Shown piece by piece: positions 36,179 through 46,500 of a stretch of 64,000 nt of DNA. The position numbers and the translations under genes are program-made. The notes under the pieces were generated by a model, which ran no database searches, had not been told where the DNA came from, and saw only the letters and a list, made by a program, of their open reading frames with translations. The DNA lies in the IMG/VR virus record IMGVR_UViG_3300046318_000165, positions 26,752-90,751 of that record. One strand, written 5' to 3'. Numbering within the stretch: the first letter of the stretch is position 1; the number at the start of each line of letters is the position of its first letter. Source of the stretch: a virus.

Positions 36179-37453
36179 ATGACTATATCTAAAGCATTCT
36201 TTGACACAAATGGAGACAACGTTCGTCTGTCAATGCCTTTTAGCAAGGTAGACAAGGAAAGACGTATTGTCTCAGGCTTTGCAACACTTGATAATGTTGA
36301 CAAGCAAATGGATATCGTTACCCCAGAAGCTTCACTAAAGGCTTTCTCAAATTTCCGTGGTAACATTCGTGAAATGCACCAGAACATTGCTGTTGGCAAG
36401 ATGGTTTCATTTAAAGAAGAAAAATATTTTGATCCAGAAACAAAGAAGTTCTATTCTGGAGTTTACGTCTCAGCATATGTATCTAAGGGTGCACAGGACT
36501 GCTGGGAAAAGGTTCTAGATGGAACCTATTCAGGTTTCTCTATCGGTGGTAGAATGAAGGACTGGGAAAACGCATATAGCGAGAAGCTAGATTCTGATAT
36601 TCGTATTATCAAGGAATATGACCTACTAGAACTTTCTCTGGTTGATACCCCAGCAAATCAGTTTGCAAACATCCTTTCAATTGAAAAGGTAGACGGAGTA
36701 AATACTGTTGTTGGTCAAGACACAGTTATCGAAAACGTGTTCTGGGACAAGGAATCAGGGGTAGTCATTCTTTCAGAAAATGAAACTGAAAAGAGTCCAC
36801 TTAGCGGAATCCCTATGCAAAACATTGGCTTTGTAGAAAAGTCAGATGATGAAAAAGCAGATTTAATAAAGTTCTTGGTTGATAGTGCTAAAGGCATTAA
36901 TACAATTGAGATTAAAAAGGAGAATGATAACATGACAGATGAGATTGTTAACGATGTTCCTGCAGAAAATCCTGTAGAGGACGTAGCTGTTGAAATCGCT
37001 CCAGAGGCAGATGCCACAATTGAACCTACCGTAGATGTAGAGAAGGCTGTAAAGCCTGAAGTCGAACCAGTGACTCCTGAAGAGGATGCCGTTGAAGACG
37101 CTACAGAAGAGGTAGACGATGAAGAAATTACAGCTAAGTCAGATACTGTTACTGTTGAGGCAGTTACAGAACTCAAAGATGCTGTTACATCAGCCTTTAG
37201 CGAACTTACAGCACTAGTTAAGTCACTAAATGACGAACTAGTAAATGTAAAGAAGTCACTAAACTTAGTAGATGCAAAAATTGCAGATGCTGAGGGAGAC
37301 TTTTCAAATCTTGGAAAGCGTATTGATGCTGTTGAAGCTGACACCGCTTTCCGCAAGTCTGGCGATCTGGGCGAGATCGTACAGGAACCAGCAATGGTTG
37401 AAAAATCAGTATGGGGCGGTCGTTTCCTCAATTCAGCCGATCTACTGAAATAA
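36179..37453 (+). CDS. prohead protease with scaffold domain
   Basis: IREMH, GFSIGG, ELSLVDTPAN; acidic/coiled C-terminal half. Confidence 0.9.
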   Translation: MTISKAFFDTNGDNVRLSMPFSKVDKERRIVSGFATLDNVDKQMDIVTPEASLKAFSNFRGNIREMHQNIAVGKMVSFKEEKYFDPETKKFYSGVYVSAYVSKGAQDCWEKVLDGTYSGFSIGGRMKDWENAYSEKLDSDIRIIKEYDLLELSLVDTPANQFANILSIEKVDGVNTVVGQDTVIENVFWDKESGVVILSENETEKSPLSGIPMQNIGFVEKSDDEKADLIKFLVDSAKGINTIEIKKENDNMTDEIVNDVPAENPVEDVAVEIAPEADATIEPTVDVEKAVKPEVEPVTPEEDAVEDATEEVDDEEITAKSDTVTVEAVTELKDAVTSAFSELTALVKSLNDELVNVKKSLNLVDAKIADAEGDFSNLGKRIDAVEADTAFRKSGDLGEIVQEPAMVEKSVWGGRFLNSADLLK

Positions 37454-37485
37454 CAAAATAAAAAATTCACTTGGAGGTGAAAATA

Positions 37486-38583
37486 ATGTCGGAAGAAATT
37501 AAAAAGAATAATCCTGGAACTACCTACCCAAACGCAGAGGGTAGTGCGTTCGCAGGTGGTATTGGTGGTGTCACTGATCCTGCTTTTGCATACCTTGGCG
37601 AAACTGCTGGAGATGCAAATCTTGGTCTACTAACTGGTCCTAACGCAGTTGACCCATCAAGTACCGCAAACCCAAATTATCCAGGTGCTGGTATCCTACG
37701 TCCAGAGCAAGCAAGACGCTTTATTGACTACGTTTGGGATGCTACCACACTGGCTAACGACGGTCGTCGTGTAACAATGCGAGCTAACACAATGGAACTT
37801 GAAAAGGTTAACGTTGGTGAGCGTGTTGTACGTGCAGCTGCACAAGGTGATGCATCATTTACCAATGCAGGTGCTACATTCAGCAAGGTTGAGCTTACTA
37901 CAAAGAAGCTACGTCTTGACTGGGAAGTATCATCAGAAGCACTAGAAGACAATATTGAAGGTGGTGCTCTTGAGGATCACCTAGTACGTCTTATGACTAC
38001 TGCTTTTGGTAATGACATCGAAGATCTAGCGATCAACGGTGACACCGCAAACACTGGAGACGCTTTCCTTGGTATCATGGATGGTTTTAACGCTCTAGCC
38101 TCTGGAGACGGCTTCGCTCACGAAGCTGTTGTCTCAGGCGGAGCTGACTGGACTACCGATGATATGCAGAAGCTTATCCTTGCTCTACCACGCCGTTACC
38201 GTGCACTAAAGACTGGACTAAAGTTCTACGCAGGAACCGATACCTTTGCAAACATTGTAAAGAACAACGGTACTGTTTGGGACTCAATTGGTTCAACTGA
38301 AGCAGCTCGTGGCAGCTACCTTGGTGGAATTGAACAGACTGTAGGAAATGCACGTCAAACTCGTGTGCTAGGTGTACCAGTACTTGAAGTACCTTACTAC
38401 CCAGCAGACTATGTTGACCTAACATTCCCACAGAACCGTATCTGGGGATTCCAGCGAGACATCACAGTTAACCGTTTCTACGTTCCTAAGAAGGACACAA
38501 TTGAATACACCGTATTCATTCGTTTCGGAATTAACTGGGAAGAGCAGGATGCAATTGCATTCGCAAGCAAGGCTACTTCCTAA
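37486..38583 (+). CDS. major capsid protein
   Basis: position; GILRPEQARRFID, EALEDNIEG, DIEDLAINGD. Confidence 0.88.
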   Translation: MSEEIKKNNPGTTYPNAEGSAFAGGIGGVTDPAFAYLGETAGDANLGLLTGPNAVDPSSTANPNYPGAGILRPEQARRFIDYVWDATTLANDGRRVTMRANTMELEKVNVGERVVRAAAQGDASFTNAGATFSKVELTTKKLRLDWEVSSEALEDNIEGGALEDHLVRLMTTAFGNDIEDLAINGDTANTGDAFLGIMDGFNALASGDGFAHEAVVSGGADWTTDDMQKLILALPRRYRALKTGLKFYAGTDTFANIVKNNGTVWDSIGSTEAARGSYLGGIEQTVGNARQTRVLGVPVLEVPYYPADYVDLTFPQNRIWGFQRDITVNRFYVPKKDTIEYTVFIRFGINWEEQDAIAFASKATS

Positions 38584-38602
38584 GAAGTAGTAACAAACCC
38601 TT

Positions 38603-38639
38603 AAGGGGGGCAGGAGTTAATTCTCCTGCCTCCTTTTTT
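38603..38639 (+). terminator. intrinsic terminator after capsid gene
   Basis: GGGGCAGGAG-TTAATT-CTCCTGCCTC followed by a T tract. Confidence 0.8.
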
Positions 38640-38674
38640 AATTTAATCTGATATAATGTTATATAAGGAGACAT

Positions 38675-38854
38675 ATGTCAAATAATGGTGAGCTAATTGC
38701 CTTAAAATCAAATAGAAATATTAGTTGGCAAAAAGTTGGTGAACTTAAAAAGGGAATCAATATTGTTTCTAAAAATACTGCTGAGAAGTGGCTTACCCTA
38801 AAGGGAATCACAGAGCTAACACCAGAGGAAGTTGCGAAGGAGTACGTTAATTAA
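38675..38854 (+). CDS. small hypothetical protein (59 aa)
   Basis: manual translation MSNNGELIAL...TPEEVAKEYVN; RBS AAGGAG. Confidence 0.65.
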   Translation: MSNNGELIALKSNRNISWQKVGELKKGINIVSKNTAEKWLTLKGITELTPEEVAKEYVN

Positions 38855-40002
38855 TGGAAATTCTAAGAGTTCCTCCATATCCAATTGTTACAACCTGGGA
38901 TGTCCCAGATGATAATCACCAATACTTAATTTATGTAGAGGATGTGGTTGACCACTCGGTTGAAACAGAAGTTATTACTTCAAACGCAAGCTCACAAATT
39001 ACTTATACACTACCCAGAACAAAGGTCCAATATGATCGTGACTTCTTGTTTAGAATTTACGATACAAATATTTTTGGCGAGGTAGTTATAGATTCAAATC
39101 TAACAGTATATCGTCCATATGTAGATCCAAATATGCTAGGAACAACTGCTTCAGAAATTGCAGAATATAAGCGTTGGGAAATTATTGCTCGTTCAATAAT
39201 TGATGCATACCTTGGAAATGACTCCGCTACAGGAGAAGGTTTTTATAACCACAAGTTGATTGTCCAGGGTGTTGGAGATGGAACAGATTACTACCCTATC
39301 TGGCATAATCCAAAACGAGTACTAAAAGTTTATGAAAACAATGAACTGGTCTTTAATGGAGAAGACATTGTATTATCAGTAATTTCATCATCTATTAGTG
39401 GAGACACAACGATACTTGAAACAAATGTAGATAATAACTATTTAGTAGGAGACTTAATTACTATTAGTGGATTTACTCCATCTGAATATAATGGTGTTCA
39501 CAGAATTATAGATATTATTAGCACAACAGAATTTTCAGTTAAAAAGATATCAAATAATTCAGTCACTGTTCTTGGAACAGCACTAAGAGACTGGAATCAG
39601 AAGTATGCTATTTCTCCAAATAACTCAGCAATTATGAGATCATATACAGGACTATACAACCGTTCTGAACAAAAGCCACTGACCCTTCCTAGAGGTTACG
39701 GAGATCTTGGTCCATATGGATTATTCAATCCAGTTGCTTTTCCAAAAGGATATGATTATACATTCGTACTAGACGTTGGGTATAAGGCTGTGCCACCAGA
39801 CGTTGAGATTGCAGCAACAATGTTAATTGAAGATTTGAAGTGCAATAGAAATGAATACTATCAAAGATTTATTACTCAATATAGCACAGATCAATTTAAC
39901 ATTAAATTTGCCCCAGAATTCTTGAAAGGAACTGGCAACCTAATTGTAGATAAAATTCTTGATGGCTACAAAGGTAGTGTATTTAAGCCAGGAATACTAT
40001 AA
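38854..40002 (+). CDS. head-tail adaptor
   Basis: position; ARSIIDAY, GY..VPPDVEIAATML, IVDKIL. Confidence 0.7.
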   Translation: MEILRVPPYPIVTTWDVPDDNHQYLIYVEDVVDHSVETEVITSNASSQITYTLPRTKVQYDRDFLFRIYDTNIFGEVVIDSNLTVYRPYVDPNMLGTTASEIAEYKRWEIIARSIIDAYLGNDSATGEGFYNHKLIVQGVGDGTDYYPIWHNPKRVLKVYENNELVFNGEDIVLSVISSSISGDTTILETNVDNNYLVGDLITISGFTPSEYNGVHRIIDIISTTEFSVKKISNNSVTVLGTALRDWNQKYAISPNNSAIMRSYTGLYNRSEQKPLTLPRGYGDLGPYGLFNPVAFPKGYDYTFVLDVGYKAVPPDVEIAATMLIEDLKCNRNEYYQRFITQYSTDQFNIKFAPEFLKGTGNLIVDKILDGYKGSVFKPGIL

Positions 40003-40448
40003 TGGCATGTAAAGACACAAGTATTATTTATCCACTTCTAGCAGATATTTACTATCCTAATGTTGAACAAAAGGGTTATGGAAATATTGAAAAAGAATGG
40101 ATACTAAATAAAACAGTTGCTTGTTTCTTTGCACCAGCAAGTAGAAAATCAAAACAAGAAGTTCAGCCAGAAATGTCTGTATCTATAGATCAACTATTAA
40201 TTGGTAGAACAAAATGTGACGTTAGAGTTTCAAGTTTAAATACTCAAAACTCTGTTACAAATGTTATTATTTCAAACATTCGTGATGCATATGGGAATCC
40301 CATCTATATTGAAACTTCTGGAGTGAGAGCAAATAAGTCTACAATTTTTGAAATAGCTACCAACGAACCAATTGTTGGACCATTTGGAACGGTTGAATAT
40401 TATAGTGTAACTATTAGACGTTCAGAAAATCAGGGTATCAATGTATGA
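40002..40448 (+). CDS. head-tail stopper/joining protein
   Basis: synteny and size. Confidence 0.55.
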   Translation: MACKDTSIIYPLLADIYYPNVEQKGYGNIEKEWILNKTVACFFAPASRKSKQEVQPEMSVSIDQLLIGRTKCDVRVSSLNTQNSVTNVIISNIRDAYGNPIYIETSGVRANKSTIFEIATNEPIVGPFGTVEYYSVTIRRSENQGINV

Positions 40449-41119
40449 TATCCGTAGACTTTAATGAAAAATCTTTTGCTAAACAACTAAATAATATGGT
40501 TGAATACTCTATGGGATTCTTAGATGGAGTACAAAGAGGAAAAACACAAATGTTAAAAACAGTTGGTCTTTCTGCCATAGAAGTTTTAAAATCATATATA
40601 GATTCACAAGCAAGAATTGATCCAGGACTTCTTCACCATGTATATGAGTGGAATCAGACTGGAAGTCCAGATGGTAGGCTATTTGATATTTCTTATACTG
40701 TAAGTGGTTTAGGGTTATCGTTTAAATCTACTTTTTCACAATCAAAATCAATCAAAGAAGGATCTACAGTTCCATTTTATGATAAGGCAAGAATTATGGA
40801 AAATGGAATTCCAGTACAGATAAAGCCTAAAAATAATGTTTTGGCTTTTAATATTAATGGTGAAGACATATTTACATCAAAGCCTATAGATGTTAAAAAT
40901 CCTGGAGGTCCTGATGTAGAAGGATCTTTTGAAAGAGTATTTGATTCATTTTTCAATAACTATTTTTCACAATCATTTTTAAGAGTAAGTGGTATACTAG
41001 ATTATCTGCAAGATCCAACGGTATATAAGAAAAATCTAAATGCTGGTAAAAAAGCTGGAAGAAGTCTTGGCATAACAACAGGATATCGATGGATAGCAAA
41101 TGTAGGAGTTGAAAAATAA
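40445..41119 (+). CDS. neck protein
   Basis: synteny; KARIMENG. Confidence 0.5.
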   Translation: MISVDFNEKSFAKQLNNMVEYSMGFLDGVQRGKTQMLKTVGLSAIEVLKSYIDSQARIDPGLLHHVYEWNQTGSPDGRLFDISYTVSGLGLSFKSTFSQSKSIKEGSTVPFYDKARIMENGIPVQIKPKNNVLAFNINGEDIFTSKPIDVKNPGGPDVEGSFERVFDSFFNNYFSQSFLRVSGILDYLQDPTVYKKNLNAGKKAGRSLGITTGYRWIANVGVEK

Positions 41120-41655
41120 TGGCAATAACAAACCCAACAGTTTTAATTAATGAATATCTATCTGAGAAGCTAGGGAATTCGCTTTCTGATACTATTGTTG
41201 ACAAGGTAAGATTCTTTCCATCTGGTCCAATAGACATAACTGCAATTACAGATAATTTTACTGGTGCAGCAAATGATGTTTTTGTTGTATACGATAGAAT
41301 GTTTAAAATGCGTAAAAAGGCATTTCCACATATCAAGTGTGAACAATCATTATATTATTTTTATAAAACAGCAGGAGATCCAGAACAGCTTTTTGATTCA
41401 ATTCAAATAGTGCATGATCTTCTTGATCGTGAAGACGAGTCTGGAGAAGAACTCAATGCTTGGATTCAAAACCAGGTATTTGGAGGAGTAATAAATGTTC
41501 AGGGTAAAGATTTTAAACCAGTATATTTTCATAGTCTTAAGGTGTATCAACTACAAGAAGTTAGAGATATTATAAATCACTCTACAACAAGAACCCTACA
41601 TGGTGTAAAACTAATAGTTGATTACGAATACCATACTCAAGATTACAATAACTAA
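41119..41655 (+). CDS. tail terminator-like protein
   Basis: synteny immediately before the tail tube gene. Confidence 0.5.
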   Translation: MAITNPTVLINEYLSEKLGNSLSDTIVDKVRFFPSGPIDITAITDNFTGAANDVFVVYDRMFKMRKKAFPHIKCEQSLYYFYKTAGDPEQLFDSIQIVHDLLDREDESGEELNAWIQNQVFGGVINVQGKDFKPVYFHSLKVYQLQEVRDIINHSTTRTLHGVKLIVDYEYHTQDYNN

Positions 41656-41733
41656 TTAAATTAAAAAGACCTGTTATACTTAATCTGAGGAAACACGCCC
41701 ACTATTCTATAGAAAGAAAAAGAGGTGAATACT

Positions 41734-42402
41734 ATGGCATATTCAAGAGGTACTAGTGCTAACATTATTGTTGGTGCAGCTGCACTTTTTACATATGAGG
41801 CAGGACCAATCGGTCAGACAGTCGGTGGATCAATTACTGATCAACAGGCTCTGATTGACCTACCAAACTATGTAGCAGGAGTTTCTTATAAAGAAACTCT
41901 ATCAAACGATGCAGATTTCCGTAACGTAGGTTATACTATGAACGGTCTAGAACTACAATTCCAGCCTGACTTCGGTGAAGTTCAGGTTGACCAGGTTCTT
42001 GACGCTGCAAAGCTATACAAGCAAGGTATGAAGGTAAATCTAAATACTACATTCGCTGAAGCAACATTAGAAAATCTATTGTTTGCTCTAGCAGGTAGAG
42101 ATGAAGATCTAACTGCAAACCAAACTGGAATCAGTATCCTAAACCTTTCAGCAGGTGACATCGGTGAATGTCCTGTTGAGCGTGGTCTAGTTGCTATCGG
42201 TCCAGGTTCTGGTGATTGTGATGCAGGTTCGGCTATCGAACGTGTATACATTGCCTACCGTGCACTTTCAATTGAAAGCGTAACCGTATCAGCAAAGCGT
42301 GATGCTCCATCAGAGTTTGCGGTTTCATTCCGTATGCTTCCAAATGATAACGCAAGTTATGGAAGAATCGTTGACCGCACAGTTAGTGTATCAGGTTCAT
42401 AA
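41734..42402 (+). CDS. major tail (tube) protein
   Basis: NIIVGAA, VGYT.NG, VDQ, TTFAEATLENL; followed by a terminator. Confidence 0.82.
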   Translation: MAYSRGTSANIIVGAAALFTYEAGPIGQTVGGSITDQQALIDLPNYVAGVSYKETLSNDADFRNVGYTMNGLELQFQPDFGEVQVDQVLDAAKLYKQGMKVNLNTTFAEATLENLLFALAGRDEDLTANQTGISILNLSAGDIGECPVERGLVAIGPGSGDCDAGSAIERVYIAYRALSIESVTVSAKRDAPSEFAVSFRMLPNDNASYGRIVDRTVSVSGS

Positions 42403-42422
42403 AAATATAATTTAATATTGAG

Positions 42423-42450
42423 AACTGCTCCACTTCGGTGGGGCAGTTTT
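42423..42450 (+). terminator. intrinsic terminator
   Basis: AACTGCTCCAC-TTCG-GTGGGGCAGTT followed by TT. Confidence 0.85.
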
Positions 42451-42473
42451 CGTTTATTTGGTATACTTGTATA

Positions 42474-43157
42474 ATGGCTACTAAAATATATGACTCAGCG
42501 ACAATACGATTAATTGATGGTACAGAGATTTACATAACACCATTAAAGATAAAATATCTAAGGGACTTTTTAGATGAATTTGAAAATATAAAAACAGCAA
42601 AGAATGATGATGAATCAATGTCAGTTCTTTCAAACTGTGCAACTATAGCAATGAAGCAATACTATCCATCAATAAAAACGGTAGAGCAACTAGAAGACCT
42701 ATGCGACTTAAAAACTGTATACAAGATAGTAGATGTAGCAGCAGGTATAAAAATAGATAGGGATAAAGAAGAAGAGCCTGTTAAGCAACAAGCAGAAGAG
42801 AGTGGATCTAGCTGGGACAAATTGGATCTAGCAAAATTAGAAACAGAGGTATTTCTTCTGGGCATCTGGAAAGATTTCTCAGATTTAGAGTCTTCAATAT
42901 CTATACCAGAATTAACATCAATTCTTGAATTAAAAAGAGAATTAGATTATGATGAAAAGAAATTCCTTGCAGCTATTCAAGGAGTAGATTTGGATGAAGC
43001 ATCTGGTAAAGAAAATGAGTGGGAAGCCATGAAAGCTAGAGTATTTAGTGGTGGAAAAGCAACAAGTGCAAACGATATTGTTGGCTATCAAGGCTCAAGG
43101 GCAGCTCAAGTAGGCTTTGGAATTGGTATGGGCTTAGACTATGAAGATATGAGATAA
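42474..43157 (+). CDS. tail assembly chaperone, long (gpGT-like) form
   Basis: between tube and tape measure; N-terminal half paralogous to 43208; leaderless. Confidence 0.7.
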   Translation: MATKIYDSATIRLIDGTEIYITPLKIKYLRDFLDEFENIKTAKNDDESMSVLSNCATIAMKQYYPSIKTVEQLEDLCDLKTVYKIVDVAAGIKIDRDKEEEPVKQQAEESGSSWDKLDLAKLETEVFLLGIWKDFSDLESSISIPELTSILELKRELDYDEKKFLAAIQGVDLDEASGKENEWEAMKARVFSGGKATSANDIVGYQGSRAAQVGFGIGMGLDYEDMR

Positions 43158-43207
43158 AAATAATATCTTTTGTGATATAATTAATATACCTTACAAGGAG
43201 GAAATTA

Positions 43208-43525
43208 ATGACAACAACAATCAACGAAGAGAAAGAAATTACTCTATTCGATGGATCAAAAATTAAAGTCAGACCACTAAAGCTATCGCTTCTTCGTCAA
43301 TTTATGAAAAAGTTTGAGGGCATTGCAGATGTCGCAGAAGACAACGAAAAATCAATGGATCTTCTTATGGAATGTGTAAAGATTGCACTAGTACAGTATA
43401 AGCCAGAACTATTAGAAAAACCAGAGGAGTTAGAGGACCTACTAGACCTTCCTACAGTCTACCAGATTGTAGAAGAGGCATCTGGCGTTAAGCTACAAGA
43501 TGCATCGCTACTAGGCGGATTCTAA
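43208..43525 (+). CDS. tail assembly chaperone, short (gpG-like) form
   Basis: paralog of the N-terminal half of 42474; own promoter and strong RBS AAGGAGG. Confidence 0.7.
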   Translation: MTTTINEEKEITLFDGSKIKVRPLKLSLLRQFMKKFEGIADVAEDNEKSMDLLMECVKIALVQYKPELLEKPEELEDLLDLPTVYQIVEEASGVKLQDASLLGGF

Positions 43526-43543
43526 ATAAAGAGGTGCTAGTGA

Positions 43544-46500
43544 ATGGCTGATGCTAATGCTGAAATTAAAGTTAATATAGATACGAGTAATGCACTCTCT
43601 AGTCTAAAACTACTTCAAGCACAAATATCAGCTTTTCAACAGCAAATGGCAAGATCTGGTGCACAAGCTGCCAGAACTGCATCAGATATGCAGCAAAACC
43701 TTGTAAATAATATAAATGCCACTGGACAGTTTTCAGCAACTTTAAAAAATATTCAAACTGATACTGAAGCATTTACAACTTCACTTGAAAAAAATAAACT
43801 TTCATTAGGTCAGTATTTTAAATATGCTGGCGGTGCTTCAAAATCATTCGGTAAAATGTTTAGAACCGAATTTGATACCATACAAAAGGTAGCAGTAGAA
43901 CGTGTAAAAGACTTACAAACACAATATATCCAACTTGGTCGTGATGCTAATGGTGCTATGAGGTCCATTGCAGTTAGACCACTTGCTTTGGATATGGAAA
44001 ATCTGGGAACAAAAACTCAGATTGCTGCTCAGAAACAACAGCTATTAAATCAACTTCTTAAACAAGGTTCTACCAACCTTCTAAACTTTGGTAAGAACAC
44101 TCAATGGGCTGGTCGTCAGCTTATGGTTGGTTTTACTATTCCTCTTGCAATGCTAGGAACAACTGCTGCCAAAACCTTTATGGATATGGAAGAGCAAGTA
44201 ATTAAATTTAAGCGTGTTTATGGAGATCTTGGAACTACTATTGAAGAAACCAATAGAATGTCTAAAGAGATTCAAAACCTAGCAACACAGTTTACCCAAT
44301 ATGGCGTAGCAGTTAAAGACACAATGGCTCTAGCAGCCCAGGCAGCAGCCTCTGGTAAAATGGGGGCAGACTTAACTGCTCAAGTAACAGAGGCAACGAG
44401 ACTAGCAGTTCTAGGTCAGGTAGACCAGCAACAAGCTCTTGAAACAACAATATCTCTTACAAATGCTTTTGGTGTCTCTGCTGATAAGCTAAAGGGAAAG
44501 ATTAACTTCCTAAACACAGTAGAAAACCAAACCGTAACATCTATTGAAGACTTAACAATAGCTATTCCAAAAGCTGGACCTGTTGTTGAACAACTTGGTG
44601 GAAATGTAGAAGACCTAACATTCTTCCTAACAGCAATGAAGGAAGGTGGAATTAATGCATCAGAAGGTGCTAACGCACTTAAGTCTGGTCTTGCTGCCAT
44701 AATTAATCCAACTGGAAAAGCTTCTGAAATGCTTGCTGGTTTTGGAATTAATATAAAAGGATTAGTAGATTCAAATAAGGGAGATGTTAAGGGACTTATT
44801 ATGGGGCTTGCAACAGCTCTTAATAAACTTGATCCAACTGACCGTGCTCGTGCTATTGAACAAATGTTTGGTAAGTTCCAGTTTGCACGTATTTCAACAT
44901 TATTCAAAAACGTAGTAGCTGAAGGTAGCCAGGCAACAAGAGTTCTTGAATTAACAAAATCAAGTAGTATGCAATTAGCAGCACTAGCTTCTCAAGAATT
45001 AGATAAAGTCTCTCAGTCACCAATGTTTAAGTTTAAAAAAGCTGTTGAAGATATAAAAACATCATTGATGCCAGTAGGTGAAGAATTCCTAAAGCTTGCA
45101 ACACCAGTAATTGAGTTCGGAACAAAAGTATTAGACGCTTTTAATAAACTAGATTCAGGTACAAAACAGTTTATGACAGGACTTATAGCTGTAGTTGCTG
45201 GTATTGGACCAGTCTTGCTAATGACATTTGGTCTTATTGCTAATGGTGTAGCAAACGTAATTAAAGGTTTTGCTTTTATCAAGAATGTATTCAATAGAGC
45301 TGGAACAGCTTCTACAGTGCTTGGCGAACAAGTAAGCTATATGACTCAGGAACAGCTTAACGCTGCTGCTGTTGCATCATCACTAAAACAATCTCACACA
45401 AATCTTACACAAGCTTTCAATGTTGAAGCTGGAGCACTAGCAAACCTTAGAGTTCAATACGAAAGAACTACTGCTGCTCAAATGGCATTCTCAGGAACAA
45501 ACAATATTCCAAGACCTGGCACAAGAAGATTTGCAACTGGTGGAATGGTTCGTGGTCCAGGAAATGGAACTAGCGACTCTATTCCAGCAATGGTGTCAAA
45601 TGGAGAATTTATTGTAAGTGCTAAAAGAACTAAACAATACCTACCACTTCTACAAAATATAGCATCAGGAAAAGTTCCTGGATTTGCTAGTCCAGAAGGT
45701 GGAAGTCTTATTGGCTCAATGTCTACAAATGGAATAAAAGCATCACAGGCTACAATTTTTTCAATAAAAAAAATTATTGAAGCTATTAGTAGTGGAGCTA
45801 TTAAAATTAATAAATCAGAAGAAGTTTTAGCTAAAACAATGCAAGATCTTGGTGACGGTACAAGAACAACAATGCAAAGATTTTTTCAAAGACTTGCTGT
45901 AAATGCAGACGAAATTGCTGGACAAAGTGTTGCAAATCAAGTTAATACTTATCATCAAAAAACTCTGGGCAAGTCTGGAAAAGCTATTCGTTACAGTGCA
46001 AGTGGCGTAGGAACTATTGAACAACAACTTGGTGATGCAGGAAGACTTGACGAACTTGCAAGAGCAAGAGCAAGACTAGAAGCTGAATCAGCACTAGGAC
46101 TTCCAGGACAAATTCAGATAGATAGAGCACACAGAGTAGATGTTGGAAAATCTGGAAAATTATTTAAACAAGGTTGGACTTCAGAGGCATGGAATCCACA
46201 AACACATAGTGAAAATGCAATCTCAAATGCTCTTTCTGGAGATAATAGAGTTACTGGATTCTTTGAAATGTATTCTAAAAATTTAAAGAAAATGCTTGAT
46301 GAAGGACTTGTAACTCAAGAAGAATATGATTCAATCATGCATAAAGCTAAAAATAACTTAGCCTTATCTGAAAGAGAGTTATTAACTCAGAGTAAAGTTT
46401 TAAAGGAAATTACTAAAACAGAACAAGAATTTTTAGCTAAAAATAAAGCATTAAGTTACAATATACAACGTGCTAGAGCTGGAGCATCAATTTCTGGAGG

